A DNA stretch of 55,579 bases, taken from positions 1-55,579 of the forward strand of contig CBDUYR010000015.1 in NCBI GenBank assembly GCA_965371515.1, in the 5' to 3' direction. This document shows, in pieces, positions 18,541 to 27,855 of the stretch. The notes beneath the pieces are model-generated. The model saw only the letters and a list, made by a program, of their open reading frames with translations, did not search any database and was not told where the DNA came from. The position numbers were made by a program, and so were the translations under genes. This DNA is from an uncultured bacterium (GTDB lineage: Bacteria > Krumholzibacteriota > Krumholzibacteriia > Krumholzibacteriales > Krumholzibacteriaceae). How positions within the stretch are numbered: position 1 is the first letter of the stretch; every line of letters begins with the position of its first letter.

Positions 18541-19686
18541 TCAGAAACTGCCTGCCGCGCGATCTTTCCACGACCCGGCGACCGCGTAAGTTCCGCCGCC
18601 GCATGATTCGATTATCCCCCGCATCTCCAGGTCGAGGAGAAGCGGCAGGATCACGGTTGAAGAAATATGGCAGATTTGCGCAAGCTCATCAATATGTTTC
18701 GGATCCAGGTCCAGGGTCATGACGACCTTCTTCTCATCGCCCTCTAGAGATCCCTTGCCCGGATCGAGCCCGGCGTAGGGATGGAATCCCCTGACCTCTT
18801 CCACTACGCGCCCGCACGGCGGCAGGGCGGCAAGGATATCGTCGACGTCCTCTACGAGGCACGCTCCTTCCTTGATGAGGCGATGCGGCCCGCGGCAGGT
18901 CTCCCGCTCGACCGGGCCCGGGACGGCGAAGACCTCCCTACCCTGGTCGGCGGCCCACCTGGCGGTGATCATTGCCCCGCTGGCGAGTTTAGCCTCGACC
19001 ACGACGACTCCCAGTGACAGTCCGCTGAGAATCCTGTTGCGCATCGGGAAGTGATGCTTCATCGGTGGTGTCCCAGGCGGGAACTCGGAAAGAACACAGC
19101 CATGCCTGGCAATTTCCATCGCGAGCGGTGCGTTCTCCGGAGGATACGCTATGTCGATCCCACAACCGAGGACTGCGCACGTGTTTCCTCCCCCGGCCAG
19201 CGCACCGTCGTGCGCCACCGTATCGATGCCTCTCGCCATTCCGCTGACCACCAGGACTCCACGCCTGGAGAGTTCCCATGCCAGCTCTCTCGCGACAACC
19301 ATTCCTCGCCTGCTGGAACGACGCGAGCCGACGATACAAATCGCCGGCCCGGAAGCAGCTTCGATATTACCCCTGTAAAATAGAACCGGTGGGGCCTCAG
19401 CCGTCTCGGCGAGCAGATCAGGATAACCCGGATCAGAGATGCAGAGCACGCCGTGATCCGGATCCGAGAGAAAGGTGTCTATCTTTCTCATCAGGACCTT
19501 GTCCGGTTCACCGACGTCCTTGCGGATAAGGAGGGACAATTCCCTTCGACCCCCCCTGCTCGAGATCATCGAGGCAACACGTACGGTCCCCAGACGTGCG
19601 CACAACGACAGCCATATTGTGATCTTTATTCCCCTGACAGAAAGGATTTCGAGCCAGTGGCGGGCTTCGTCAGAACACTTCATCAT
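18541..19686 (-). CDS. dprA: DNA-processing protein DprA
   Basis: IVGSR, VSGMARGID, GCGID, FPMRNRILSG, SGAMITA; C-terminal winged helix; start 19686 or 19683 after GGAGGT. Confidence 0.93.
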   Translation of the reverse strand: MMKCSDEARHWLEILSVRGIKITIWLSLCARLGTVRVASMISSRGGRRELSLLIRKDVGEPDKVLMRKIDTFLSDPDHGVLCISDPGYPDLLAETAEAPPVLFYRGNIEAASGPAICIVGSRRSSRRGMVVARELAWELSRRGVLVVSGMARGIDTVAHDGALAGGGNTCAVLGCGIDIAYPPENAPLAMEIARHGCVLSEFPPGTPPMKHHFPMRNRILSGLSLGVVVVEAKLASGAMITARWAADQGREVFAVPGPVERETCRGPHRLIKEGACLVEDVDDILAALPPCGRVVEEVRGFHPYAGLDPGKGSLEGDEKKVVMTLDLDPKHIDELAQICHISSTVILPLLLDLEMRGIIESCGGGTYAVAGSWKDRAAGSF

Positions 19687-19810
19687 CCACCTCCACATCA
19701 GACACCTTATGTCCCGCTCGCGCATATATTTTCTTATACGGATCTACTCCCGAATTGTGCCGCGAATATGTTAGCGGCGCGCCCCTCGATCCGCCTCGGG
19801 GCCGGGAGAG

Positions 19811-19846
19811 GAAGCGGAAGCCGGGCCCCTGCCCGGCTTCCGCTTC
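19811..19846. terminator. 16-bp perfect inverted repeat (hairpin) downstream of the BlaI-family gene
   Basis: GAAGCGGAAGCCGGGC-CCCT-GCCCGGCTTCCGCTTC; lacks a clear U-tract. Confidence 0.55.
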
Positions 19847-19856
19847 GAAGATCTTG

Positions 19857-20324
19857 TCAGATCCCCTTCTTTGCAACGTCTTTCTTCTCGAGCTCTTCCA
19901 TCTTGGCGAGCATCTTCTTCCCGTTCTCGTTTTCGGGATTTATAGCGATCGACTTCTCGATCAGTTCGATGATCGATGCGGCTTCCTCCTCGGAGAGCTT
20001 CCCCCCCGATTCCTTCAGGATCGACATGACGGCGCTCGCCTCGGCCCCCTTGTAGAAGGTATCGAGAACATTGTACAGCGCTGTCTTTCTCGCTTTTGTC
20101 AGTGGAATTGTCGCGTAGTAGATAAACCGTCCCTTTTCCCGCTCGTGACTGAGGAAACCCTTGTCCTCCAGGACACCGAGCATCGTACGCACAGTGGCGT
20201 TGACCGGCTTGTCCGGAAGGGCCTCCATGACCTCCACCGCACTGACCTTTCCGAGACGATAGACGATCTGCATGATCTGCCTCTCCCGCCTGGTAAGGTT
20301 TCCGAGTTGTGGTGTCTTGCTCAT
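19857..20324 (-). CDS. BlaI/MecI/CopY family transcriptional repressor with a C-terminal extension
   Basis: LTRRERQIMQIVY..ATVRTMLGVLEDKG..RFIYY winged helix. Confidence 0.88.
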   Translation of the reverse strand: MSKTPQLGNLTRRERQIMQIVYRLGKVSAVEVMEALPDKPVNATVRTMLGVLEDKGFLSHEREKGRFIYYATIPLTKARKTALYNVLDTFYKGAEASAVMSILKESGGKLSEEEAASIIELIEKSIAINPENENGKKMLAKMEELEKKDVAKKGI

Positions 20325-20410
20325 GAGACAGTCCGCTCCCTTCGTTTCATCGCGCGGTACCGGTTCGGACCGTTCCAGTCCCGCATAATTGATTTACGAT
20401 CGACTCAACA

Positions 20411-20492
20411 TGTTAAATCTTTCACATGAGTAATATTTAACACTTTTGGGATCCTGTCAAGGGGAAAAATGATAAATGTTAAATCTTTCTCA
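20411..20492. promoter_or_regulatory. Three imperfect palindromic operator boxes (consensus TGTTAAA-N2-TTTAACA) in the divergent blaI-like/OM barrel promoter region
   Basis: TGTTAAATCTTTCACA 20411-20426, TGAGTAATATTTAACA 20427-20442, TGTTAAATCTTTCTCA 20477-20492; minus-strand TTGACA at 20455-20460. Confidence 0.7.
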
Positions 20493-20630
20493 TATTGGGA
20501 ATACGACCGGGCAGGCGGGAAGTTCCGGGCCGCGAGAAAAAAGATTTGTTTAACCCTGTTCTGCACTATGGGCTGTGCCCTATATTAAATGGAATGCTGC
20601 CCCGCAATCATTCAAGGGAGGGGTCCCGAC

Positions 20631-21740
20631 ATGATTCTCAAAGTACTTCTGGTGACGGCATTTATCATCAGCCTGCCGGTGGTATCGATCCACGCGCAGG
20701 AGCCTTTCTTCTATGACGGTACCCGCGCCCTGTCGCTGGGCAAGGCTTTCACCGGCCTGGCGGACGACGAGAACGCTCTCTTCTACAATCCCGCCGGCCT
20801 TACCAGGATCGACGGTCGGACGATCTCCCTGTCCGGATATATCCAGCAGTATTCATGGGAGGTCACAATATTCAATATGGCACCTAACTTCACAGACCGC
20901 GGATATTCTGTATCTTACGTACAGCACAGGTTCGGGTTCTCATACAGCATGACCGGGAAGGGCTGGTGGGAATCATGGGACCGCGAGGAACGGGAAATTT
21001 ACATGCCGGAGGGTTCCACCCTTTCTACGAGGTGGGTCAATTATGAGCATTACCTGACGGCCAGCTACGCTCATGAGATCCTTCCCTGGCTCGATCTCGG
21101 CCTTACCGGAAAGTATCTCCATTTCTCTCCCCATAGCGATATAGAGAGGCTCGGAGACAGGGACGGCTTCACATTCGACCTAGGCCTTCTTCTCAACCCT
21201 GCGGACCGGCTGTCAATCGGACTGAATCTTTTGAACGCAGTCTCCTCGGAAATTAACTATGCCGTTTACAACGACTATTCCACAGTCGCCTGGCTGTCCG
21301 AGCTTCCCGTGAACCTCACAGTTGGGATCGTCTGGCTTCCGATAGACGCTCTTACCATCATGGCCGATGTCAGGAACCTCCTGCAGGACGATGTAAAGAA
21401 CGCATTCATCGATTATAACCTCGAATTCAAGCGGTCATACCATTTCGGACTGGAATGGCGCCCGACTGCGGGATTGGCCCTGAGGGGTGGTTATTACAGG
21501 TGCGAGAGGCCCGTCCGCCAGGTGTACCCGGTGACACCGTTCGGGGATACCGGTCCGGACCGCTACGAGTATGACACGTACAACAACTTCGCACTCGGCG
21601 CCGGATATGATTATCAGGGATTCTCGTTCGATCTCGGAGTCAAGCTCGACGACAGGAAATCAAAGATGGATGAATCGACTACCAGTCAGGTCCGTGATTG
21701 CACGGCGATGGGCTCCGCTTCGATCTCCTATACCTTCTGA
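20631..21740 (+). CDS. Outer-membrane beta-barrel, FadL/PorV-like
   Basis: Signal peptide; GTRALSLGKAFTGLADD..ALFYNPAGL plug motif; terminal Y-x-F. Confidence 0.75.
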   Translation: MILKVLLVTAFIISLPVVSIHAQEPFFYDGTRALSLGKAFTGLADDENALFYNPAGLTRIDGRTISLSGYIQQYSWEVTIFNMAPNFTDRGYSVSYVQHRFGFSYSMTGKGWWESWDREEREIYMPEGSTLSTRWVNYEHYLTASYAHEILPWLDLGLTGKYLHFSPHSDIERLGDRDGFTFDLGLLLNPADRLSIGLNLLNAVSSEINYAVYNDYSTVAWLSELPVNLTVGIVWLPIDALTIMADVRNLLQDDVKNAFIDYNLEFKRSYHFGLEWRPTAGLALRGGYYRCERPVRQVYPVTPFGDTGPDRYEYDTYNNFALGAGYDYQGFSFDLGVKLDDRKSKMDESTTSQVRDCTAMGSASISYTF

Positions 21741-22783
21741 TGCCTGATGATCCCTCCGCCGATGACTACATCACCGCGGTAGAGGACGACCGACTGGCCG
21801 GGGGTCACGGCCCTCTGGGGCACATCGAAACGGATCTCGAGCGTATCGCCTTTGATACTGAACTCACATGGTTCAGGTCCGTGCCCGTAGCGTATCTTCC
21901 CCTCCACCCTGCCGCCGGTTTCGCCGGGAAGGAAATTCACAGGTTTCGCGACCAGCCTGTCCGAATAGAGATGCCTCTCCTCTCCGGCGATTATCGTATT
22001 CGTTCCAGGGTCGATGGAGATCACGTAGAGAGGTTTCGGTGCGCTGATCCCGAGACCGCGGCGCTGGCCGACTGTGAAGTTGAAGATGCCCTCATGCCTG
22101 CCGAGGATCTCACCGCTGATGGAAAGGATGTCCCCAGGAAGAGATTCTATCCCCCTGCTCTCGAAGAAAGCGGCCCCTCCCCCTTCGGGCCAGAAGCAGA
22201 CGTCCTGGCTCTCCGGCTTCTCCGATACCGGCATGTCAGCCTCCGCAGCGATCTTCCTCACCTCTTCTTTCGTCAGATCTCCCAGGGGAAAAAGCACCCT
22301 CCCAAGCCTGTCCCGCTCGACCGAGTAGAGGAAGTATGTCTGGTCCTTGGTACGGTCCACAGGCCTGGCGAGGGCCGGCACTCCACCCTCATCGCTGATC
22401 TTCGCGTAATGTCCGGTGGCGAGAAGGTCCATCCCCGATGCGGCCAGACTGTCGACGAGTACCCTGAACTTGATGTGCTCGTTGCAGAGAATGCACGGAT
22501 TGGGGGTCCTTCCCTTCCTGTACTCTTCCACAAAGGGCCCTATGACCCACTTCTCCATCTCGCCGCTCATCGAGAGGACGTGATGCTCTATCCCGAGTTT
22601 CCTGCAGACGCGCCGCGCGTCGGTGATGTCCTCCGGGCTGCAGCACTTTCTCCCGCCGCCCGCTGACTCGGAGGCGATGCACATCGTGATGCCGGAGACA
22701 TCGTACCCGTCACGTTGAAGCAGAATAGCGGCGACGGAAGAATCGACTCCCCCGCTCATTGCTACCATCACTTTCCCCGGCAT
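21728..22783 (-). CDS. mnmA: tRNA-specific 2-thiouridylase MnmA
   Basis: AMSGGVDSS, TPNPCILCN, ATGHY, KDQTYFL, ESQDVCF, TVGQRRGLG, TPGQ. Confidence 0.96.
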   Translation of the reverse strand: MPGKVMVAMSGGVDSSVAAILLQRDGYDVSGITMCIASESAGGGRKCCSPEDITDARRVCRKLGIEHHVLSMSGEMEKWVIGPFVEEYRKGRTPNPCILCNEHIKFRVLVDSLAASGMDLLATGHYAKISDEGGVPALARPVDRTKDQTYFLYSVERDRLGRVLFPLGDLTKEEVRKIAAEADMPVSEKPESQDVCFWPEGGGAAFFESRGIESLPGDILSISGEILGRHEGIFNFTVGQRRGLGISAPKPLYVISIDPGTNTIIAGEERHLYSDRLVAKPVNFLPGETGGRVEGKIRYGHGPEPCEFSIKGDTLEIRFDVPQRAVTPGQSVVLYRGDVVIGGGIIRHQKV

Positions 22784-22957
22784 GCTCTCCTCCTTTCGGC
22801 TGCTCGCGGGAATCTTACCCGATGCGACACCGGGTCGGCAACAATTCCTATCCGCTTGACTGGTGCTGTACATGCATTATAAAGTCCCGGGGATGGGTTC
22901 ATTGTTGTCCACGCCCTCCGGACAGGACACATTTTCCGTCATTCCAGAAGGAGCCAT

Positions 22958-24514
22958 ATGTCAGAACCAACTGAAAGCGGGAAACGCAATCACCTTTCCC
23001 TCTTCGTCATCGTATCAATGAGTGGCGCTGCTGTGCTGGCAATCGAACTTCTCGGCACGAGGATACTCGGTCCATTCTATGGGGTGAGCCTCTTTCTCTG
23101 GTCGGCGCTGATCACAGTGACGCTCGCCGCCCTCAGCGCCGGATACGCAGTCGGGGGCCGGATAGCCGACCGGAAGGGCACGATGAAAGATCTCGCCTTC
23201 ATACTGGCCGCAGCCGGTGTATGGATCTGTCTCATCCCGCTGCTCAGGCACCCCGTGATTCTTCTCGTCGAACCGCTCGGCCTGAGGCTGACGGTTCTGA
23301 TCGCCGCCCTGATTCTCTTCTTCCCCCCACTTATGCTTCTCGGCATGGTAAGTCCATGGGCGGTAAAGCTGAGGACTTCGGCTCTCACCGAGGTGGGCCG
23401 CTCGGTCGGCAACCTCTATGCCGTATCGACGATCGCAAGCGTGATAGCGGCCATTCTAACAGGATTCGTGCTAATCCCCGGAATAGCGGTATCGAGGCTT
23501 ATCCTCGGGATCGGAGCCTTCCTGCTCCTGGCCGCTCTGATCGCCGCTCTGAGCGGCGGAAAGAAAACAATAAAAGTCGCTGCCATCCCTCTGGTCCTCT
23601 TTCTCTGCGCCGTTGCAGCATCGATCCTGACATCGGCTTCACCCGCGGCAACCGGAAACGCAACCGTCCTGGCGAGCGATCAGAGCCCCTACGCGGAGAT
23701 AACAGTCGTCGAGTACAGGGAAGCGAAGTTCCTGCTGATAGACGGTTCGATACACACATTTACCGATGTCGAATCGGGCGACAACCTGTTCCCCTATGTG
23801 AACGTCCTCGACATCCCCAGATTCATGTTCAGGGACGCGGGCAGGGCGCTGCTCATCGGGCTCGGGGGCGGTTCGGTCGCAAAGAGGCTATCGATATTCC
23901 AGTGGCACGTGGACGGCGTCGAGATCGATCCGGTGGTCGTCAGGTTCGCCGGCGAACACTTCGGATTAAAACCGGACGACGCGGTCGTCCACGAGATGGA
24001 CGGGCGTAATTTCCTGCGCAGAACGAACGATACGTGGGACATGATCATTCTCGATGCGTTCGGCAGCGGGACCGTACCGTTTCACCTCATCACGAAAGAG
24101 ATGATGGAGCTCGTCTCGCGCTGTCTCCGTCCGGGCGGAATAGTCGCAGTCAATGTACTCACCGTAGGATGGAAGAGCGACATGGTGCGTTCGACGGCAG
24201 CTACTCTCGAAACCTGTTTCGAGAATGTGATCGCCCTTCCTATAGCCGAACCTCCAAACACGCTCGGCAACGTGATCATCCTCGCCGCCCACCGGCCTCT
24301 AGAACTGCGCAACGAGCTCGACCGGCCCTACTCGAGGTTCAGCGAGGAGTACGACATGAACCACGCGTGGGACAACCGGTTCAAGCCGGATACCGGGAAT
24401 GCGCTTGTCTTTACGGACGATCGGAATCCTGTGGATCTCTGGGGAGAACGGATCAACCTCGTCGATCGCAGGCACCTTCGGGAGTATTTCAGGGACGCCG
24501 GTTTCAGCTGGTAA
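22958..24514 (+). CDS. Fused membrane domain / spermidine synthase-like methyltransferase
   Basis: N-terminal TM helices (LYAVSTIAS), GLGGGS, VEIDP, DGR, ILDAF, TDDRNP. Confidence 0.85.
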   Translation: MSEPTESGKRNHLSLFVIVSMSGAAVLAIELLGTRILGPFYGVSLFLWSALITVTLAALSAGYAVGGRIADRKGTMKDLAFILAAAGVWICLIPLLRHPVILLVEPLGLRLTVLIAALILFFPPLMLLGMVSPWAVKLRTSALTEVGRSVGNLYAVSTIASVIAAILTGFVLIPGIAVSRLILGIGAFLLLAALIAALSGGKKTIKVAAIPLVLFLCAVAASILTSASPAATGNATVLASDQSPYAEITVVEYREAKFLLIDGSIHTFTDVESGDNLFPYVNVLDIPRFMFRDAGRALLIGLGGGSVAKRLSIFQWHVDGVEIDPVVVRFAGEHFGLKPDDAVVHEMDGRNFLRRTNDTWDMIILDAFGSGTVPFHLITKEMMELVSRCLRPGGIVAVNVLTVGWKSDMVRSTAATLETCFENVIALPIAEPPNTLGNVIILAAHRPLELRNELDRPYSRFSEEYDMNHAWDNRFKPDTGNALVFTDDRNPVDLWGERINLVDRRHLREYFRDAGFSW

Positions 24515-24531
24515 GATCTCTCGGTGACAAT

Positions 24532-24565
24532 AAAAAACCCGCCCGGCCTCAGTAGCCGGACGGGT
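24532..24565 (-). terminator. Rho-independent terminator between convergent genes
   Basis: Minus strand ACCCGTCCGGC-loop-GCCGGGCGGGT followed by a T-run. Confidence 0.75.
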
Positions 24566-24604
24566 AAACATGGCAACCTTTACAGCTACCCTGACACTTC
24601 TAAC

Positions 24605-25723
24605 CTAGTTCCCTACCATGTAGAGACCAAAGTAATCGAGGACGTTGTCTATCGGGTTGGCGATACCCGTCTGTGTGCTGCCGGCAAAAAGCAGGCCGAC
24701 GGCATGGGGGTTTGTCGCAACGTCTTCGACGAGCAGCGAGCCCGAGTCTCCGCCGAGGAGGAACTTCCTCCCCGAAATGACTATCTGGCCCGTGAAGTAC
24801 TCGGTTGTCGACGCGCCGCCGCACTCGTCGGATCCGCCGACATTGAATGCGCCGTTGATCGCGCTTACCGTTCCACGGGTGAGACCCGAGGTGCGTCCGC
24901 TCTTCTTCACCAGCAGACCGACATAGGCATCCATCGTCGTGGCCGAGATCGTGCCGATCTCGTAGATGGTGCCTGTCGGATCGACCGTCCCGGGAATTAC
25001 CTGGGCGATCGCGCAGTCGATGTTGAGGTTGTCCTGGCACCACTGCGTCAGATATCCCACATAGTCGGCCGGGAGATCCTGGCAGTTGACGTCGATCAGG
25101 CCGGGCTGGTTGATTTCCTGTCCGACTTCGGCGACATCGGGATCGTTCGCGCTCGCGGCCTGGTCGCCGGCGAACACGTGCTTGTTGCTCAGCATGTACT
25201 GAGTTCCGACAGCGTCGCGGAGCAGGGCTCCGAGGGTACCGCTGCAGCAGTACGGATAGGCGAAGTCCTTGCTGTTACCGCCGGAGACTCCCATGGGAAT
25301 CGGCCGAGGGTAACGGGCAGTGTGACCGGAGGTACTTCCGCCTCCGCCGCCCCTGAGCATCTTGATGCGACCCGAGACGACCCTTACTACGGGAATTCCC
25401 TCGATCGATGCGGGGACTCCCTTGCCGCCTCTCTCGGATTCGAGATAGACCATGATCGCAGGATTGCCCTGCGAATCAAGACCTGTAGCGGTACCAACGA
25501 CGGTGGGATCGGACAGCAGACCGGAAGTGTGGCGGTTCTGCACGTCCATCACGCTCTGAATAATGGGATTCGACCTGCTTAGCAGGACTTCACCCTGGCC
25601 GGCGGCCGTTGTCGGAGAACTTATGTTCTCGCCCGTCTCGGAACAACCGAAGACAAGAGACAGGGCGACGAGCATGAGAACCCCGGAGAGCCACCGAGCC
25701 GGAACGCGTGGGAAGTGGTTCAT
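24605..25723 (-). CDS. NAL1-like trypsin-fold serine protease, lipoprotein
   Basis: Lipobox VFG-C; GTLG, SNKHV (His), DCAIA (Asp), KSGRTSGLT, GDSGS (Ser), GLLFAG. Confidence 0.8.
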   Translation of the reverse strand: MNHFPRVPARWLSGVLMLVALSLVFGCSETGENISSPTTAAGQGEVLLSRSNPIIQSVMDVQNRHTSGLLSDPTVVGTATGLDSQGNPAIMVYLESERGGKGVPASIEGIPVVRVVSGRIKMLRGGGGGSTSGHTARYPRPIPMGVSGGNSKDFAYPYCCSGTLGALLRDAVGTQYMLSNKHVFAGDQAASANDPDVAEVGQEINQPGLIDVNCQDLPADYVGYLTQWCQDNLNIDCAIAQVIPGTVDPTGTIYEIGTISATTMDAYVGLLVKKSGRTSGLTRGTVSAINGAFNVGGSDECGGASTTEYFTGQIVISGRKFLLGGDSGSLLVEDVATNPHAVGLLFAGSTQTGIANPIDNVLDYFGLYMVGN

Positions 25724-26040
25724 CAAACCCTCCTATGGAAAGGGTTGTGGAGTGAGGTGAATTAATAAGGTAGTATACCGGGAACCTGACAATTCCTGTC
25801 AACCAATTTAATCCAAACAAGTAACACCGCATTGTAATGAGAATGAATATCATCTAAATGCCCACTGTTTATGTATGATATTATTTATGGACAGTCGGTC
25901 GTAGTTTTTATTATCCTTGATACCTCATCGATCGATCATATCAACTATGGAGGACAATCCTGTTTATCGTTTGACAAAAGTATATTTTCAGTAGCAGAAT
26001 CATTTTCTTAGTGGTCAATAATTCCGAAAAGGAGAATCGC

Positions 26041-27708
26041 ATGAGAAGCACATCGACCTTTATCACTATTACTATCCTCTTCCTCCTCACGGCATTGTCC
26101 GCAGTAGCGGGCGAGGTGGAGGGAAAAATCGAAGAGGCGCAAAAACTCTCGAACAGCGGTGATCTTCCCGGAGCTGTAGCCCTGCTCGAAAAGGTCGTCG
26201 CCGAACACCCCGAAAACTCTGACGCCTTTGCATATCTCGGCCTGTATACAGGCATGGGCGCCGGCCAGGCAGCGGACTACGAGGAAGCGGGAAGGCTGAT
26301 GATGCTCTCATTCGAAAGGCTCGACAAGGCCGTCAAACTCGATGAGGAGAATCCCCGGGCATGGCTGTTCAGGGGGATCATGGGTATCAATGTGCCCGGC
26401 TTCCTGGGAAGGCTCGACGCCGGCATAAACGACCTCGAGCATGCGGTCGAGCTATATTCCGCCTCTTCCTCGCCCGAAGCGGGCGAGGAACTTGTCACCT
26501 CGCTCACGACGCTCGCCGAGGGACATAGAAAGAACGAGGATCCTGCCGGCCAGAAAAAGGCTCTGGAAAATATTGTCGAAGTCGCTCCAGGCACTGAGGC
26601 TGCCGAATCAGCGAAAAAGCAGCTCGATGAGCTCGGTGAGGTCGAAGAGAAGCCCGAGATCGATACCGGTCTAATTATGCCGAAAGAGGGGGACAGCGAA
26701 GACGTCCTTGCGATAAAGAAGTCACTCGAGAAGGATCCCGGTGACACTGCACTCCTCCTCCAGCTTGGAGAGACCTACTATCAAGAAGGTTCGTTCGTTA
26801 ACGCCAGAGAAGTGCTGAAGGCCTACACGTCGCTCGACAAGAACAGTGCCTCAGCCTTCAAGATGCTCGCGCTTTCTGCTGCCCAGGTCGCCGAAAAGGG
26901 GTACGACGAGAATATCTACGATGACACCAATTATCTTTCGGTTATAGCATTCGAGACGATGGCAAGCCTTGACAAGGCAGTCGATCTCGCCCCGGACGAC
27001 CTCGAATTGAGACTGATGAGAGGCACATTCGGCCTGCTTATGCCTTTCTTTCTCGGAAAGCACGATCAGTCGGTCGCAGACCTCCAGATGGTCACCGAGG
27101 GTGAAGCCCCCGATTCAATTACAGCAGAGGCGCTTTTTTATCTCGGTTATGCCCGCCAGCGTGAGGCATTGAGATACTGGATCAAGCTTGCAAAAAAATA
27201 TCCCGGCTCAGAAGGCGCGAAGCTCGCATTCAGTGAGATGCAACCCCAGGTGACTCGGCTCGATGATGCTGCATACGACACTCCATGCGTGAAGATAGAC
27301 TTCGTGCTCGGATTTCAGGATGAGCTCGCCCCGCAGACGGCCGTCTGGATCGAGGACGAACACGAGAACTACATCGCCACGATCTACGTCTCGGGTTTCG
27401 CGGGATATGTCAAAGAGAAGCAGGTGACCCTTCCCATATGGGCAACTGTCTCGAAGTTCGAGGGAATCGACGGGATCACCAGCGCGAGCATCGATATCGG
27501 ACATCATATCTACGTATGGAACCTGAAAGACTACAGGGGCGAAAAGGTCAAAAAGGGCACCTACAAGGTGAGGGTCGAGACTTCCTACTGGCCGACGAAT
27601 CTCTACCAGAACGTCGAGACTCTTATCAAGGTCGGGAAAAAGACGAACAGCGTGAAGATCGAGGAAGGCGACTTCATCCCTTATTTCGAGGTGACATACG
27701 TCAAGTAA
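26041..27708 (+). CDS. Secreted TPR protein with a C-terminal DUF2271-like domain
   Basis: Signal peptide, multiple TPR helices; PQTAVWIED..YIATIYVS..DGITSAS..YVWN..GTYKVRVE. Confidence 0.75.
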   Translation: MRSTSTFITITILFLLTALSAVAGEVEGKIEEAQKLSNSGDLPGAVALLEKVVAEHPENSDAFAYLGLYTGMGAGQAADYEEAGRLMMLSFERLDKAVKLDEENPRAWLFRGIMGINVPGFLGRLDAGINDLEHAVELYSASSSPEAGEELVTSLTTLAEGHRKNEDPAGQKKALENIVEVAPGTEAAESAKKQLDELGEVEEKPEIDTGLIMPKEGDSEDVLAIKKSLEKDPGDTALLLQLGETYYQEGSFVNAREVLKAYTSLDKNSASAFKMLALSAAQVAEKGYDENIYDDTNYLSVIAFETMASLDKAVDLAPDDLELRLMRGTFGLLMPFFLGKHDQSVADLQMVTEGEAPDSITAEALFYLGYARQREALRYWIKLAKKYPGSEGAKLAFSEMQPQVTRLDDAAYDTPCVKIDFVLGFQDELAPQTAVWIEDEHENYIATIYVSGFAGYVKEKQVTLPIWATVSKFEGIDGITSASIDIGHHIYVWNLKDYRGEKVKKGTYKVRVETSYWPTNLYQNVETLIKVGKKTNSVKIEEGDFIPYFEVTYVK

Positions 27709-27855
27709 CCGAGGATTAAATCTCCACGCGCGACTTGCGAACAAACGCATCTCCCGCATATATTTCCCCGGAAATAACTAATTCCTGAATCATTCAGGAA
27801 CATCTGAAGTATTCGGAACTACCGGGTCACGCAACAAGGTAAGACCAGAGTTCAT

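Noticed and set aside
21698..22666. Long antisense ORFs (also 24524-25582, 11232-12383, 14860-15807, 30576-31601, 29122-30033)
   Set aside because: Each mirrors a well-supported gene on the opposite strand.
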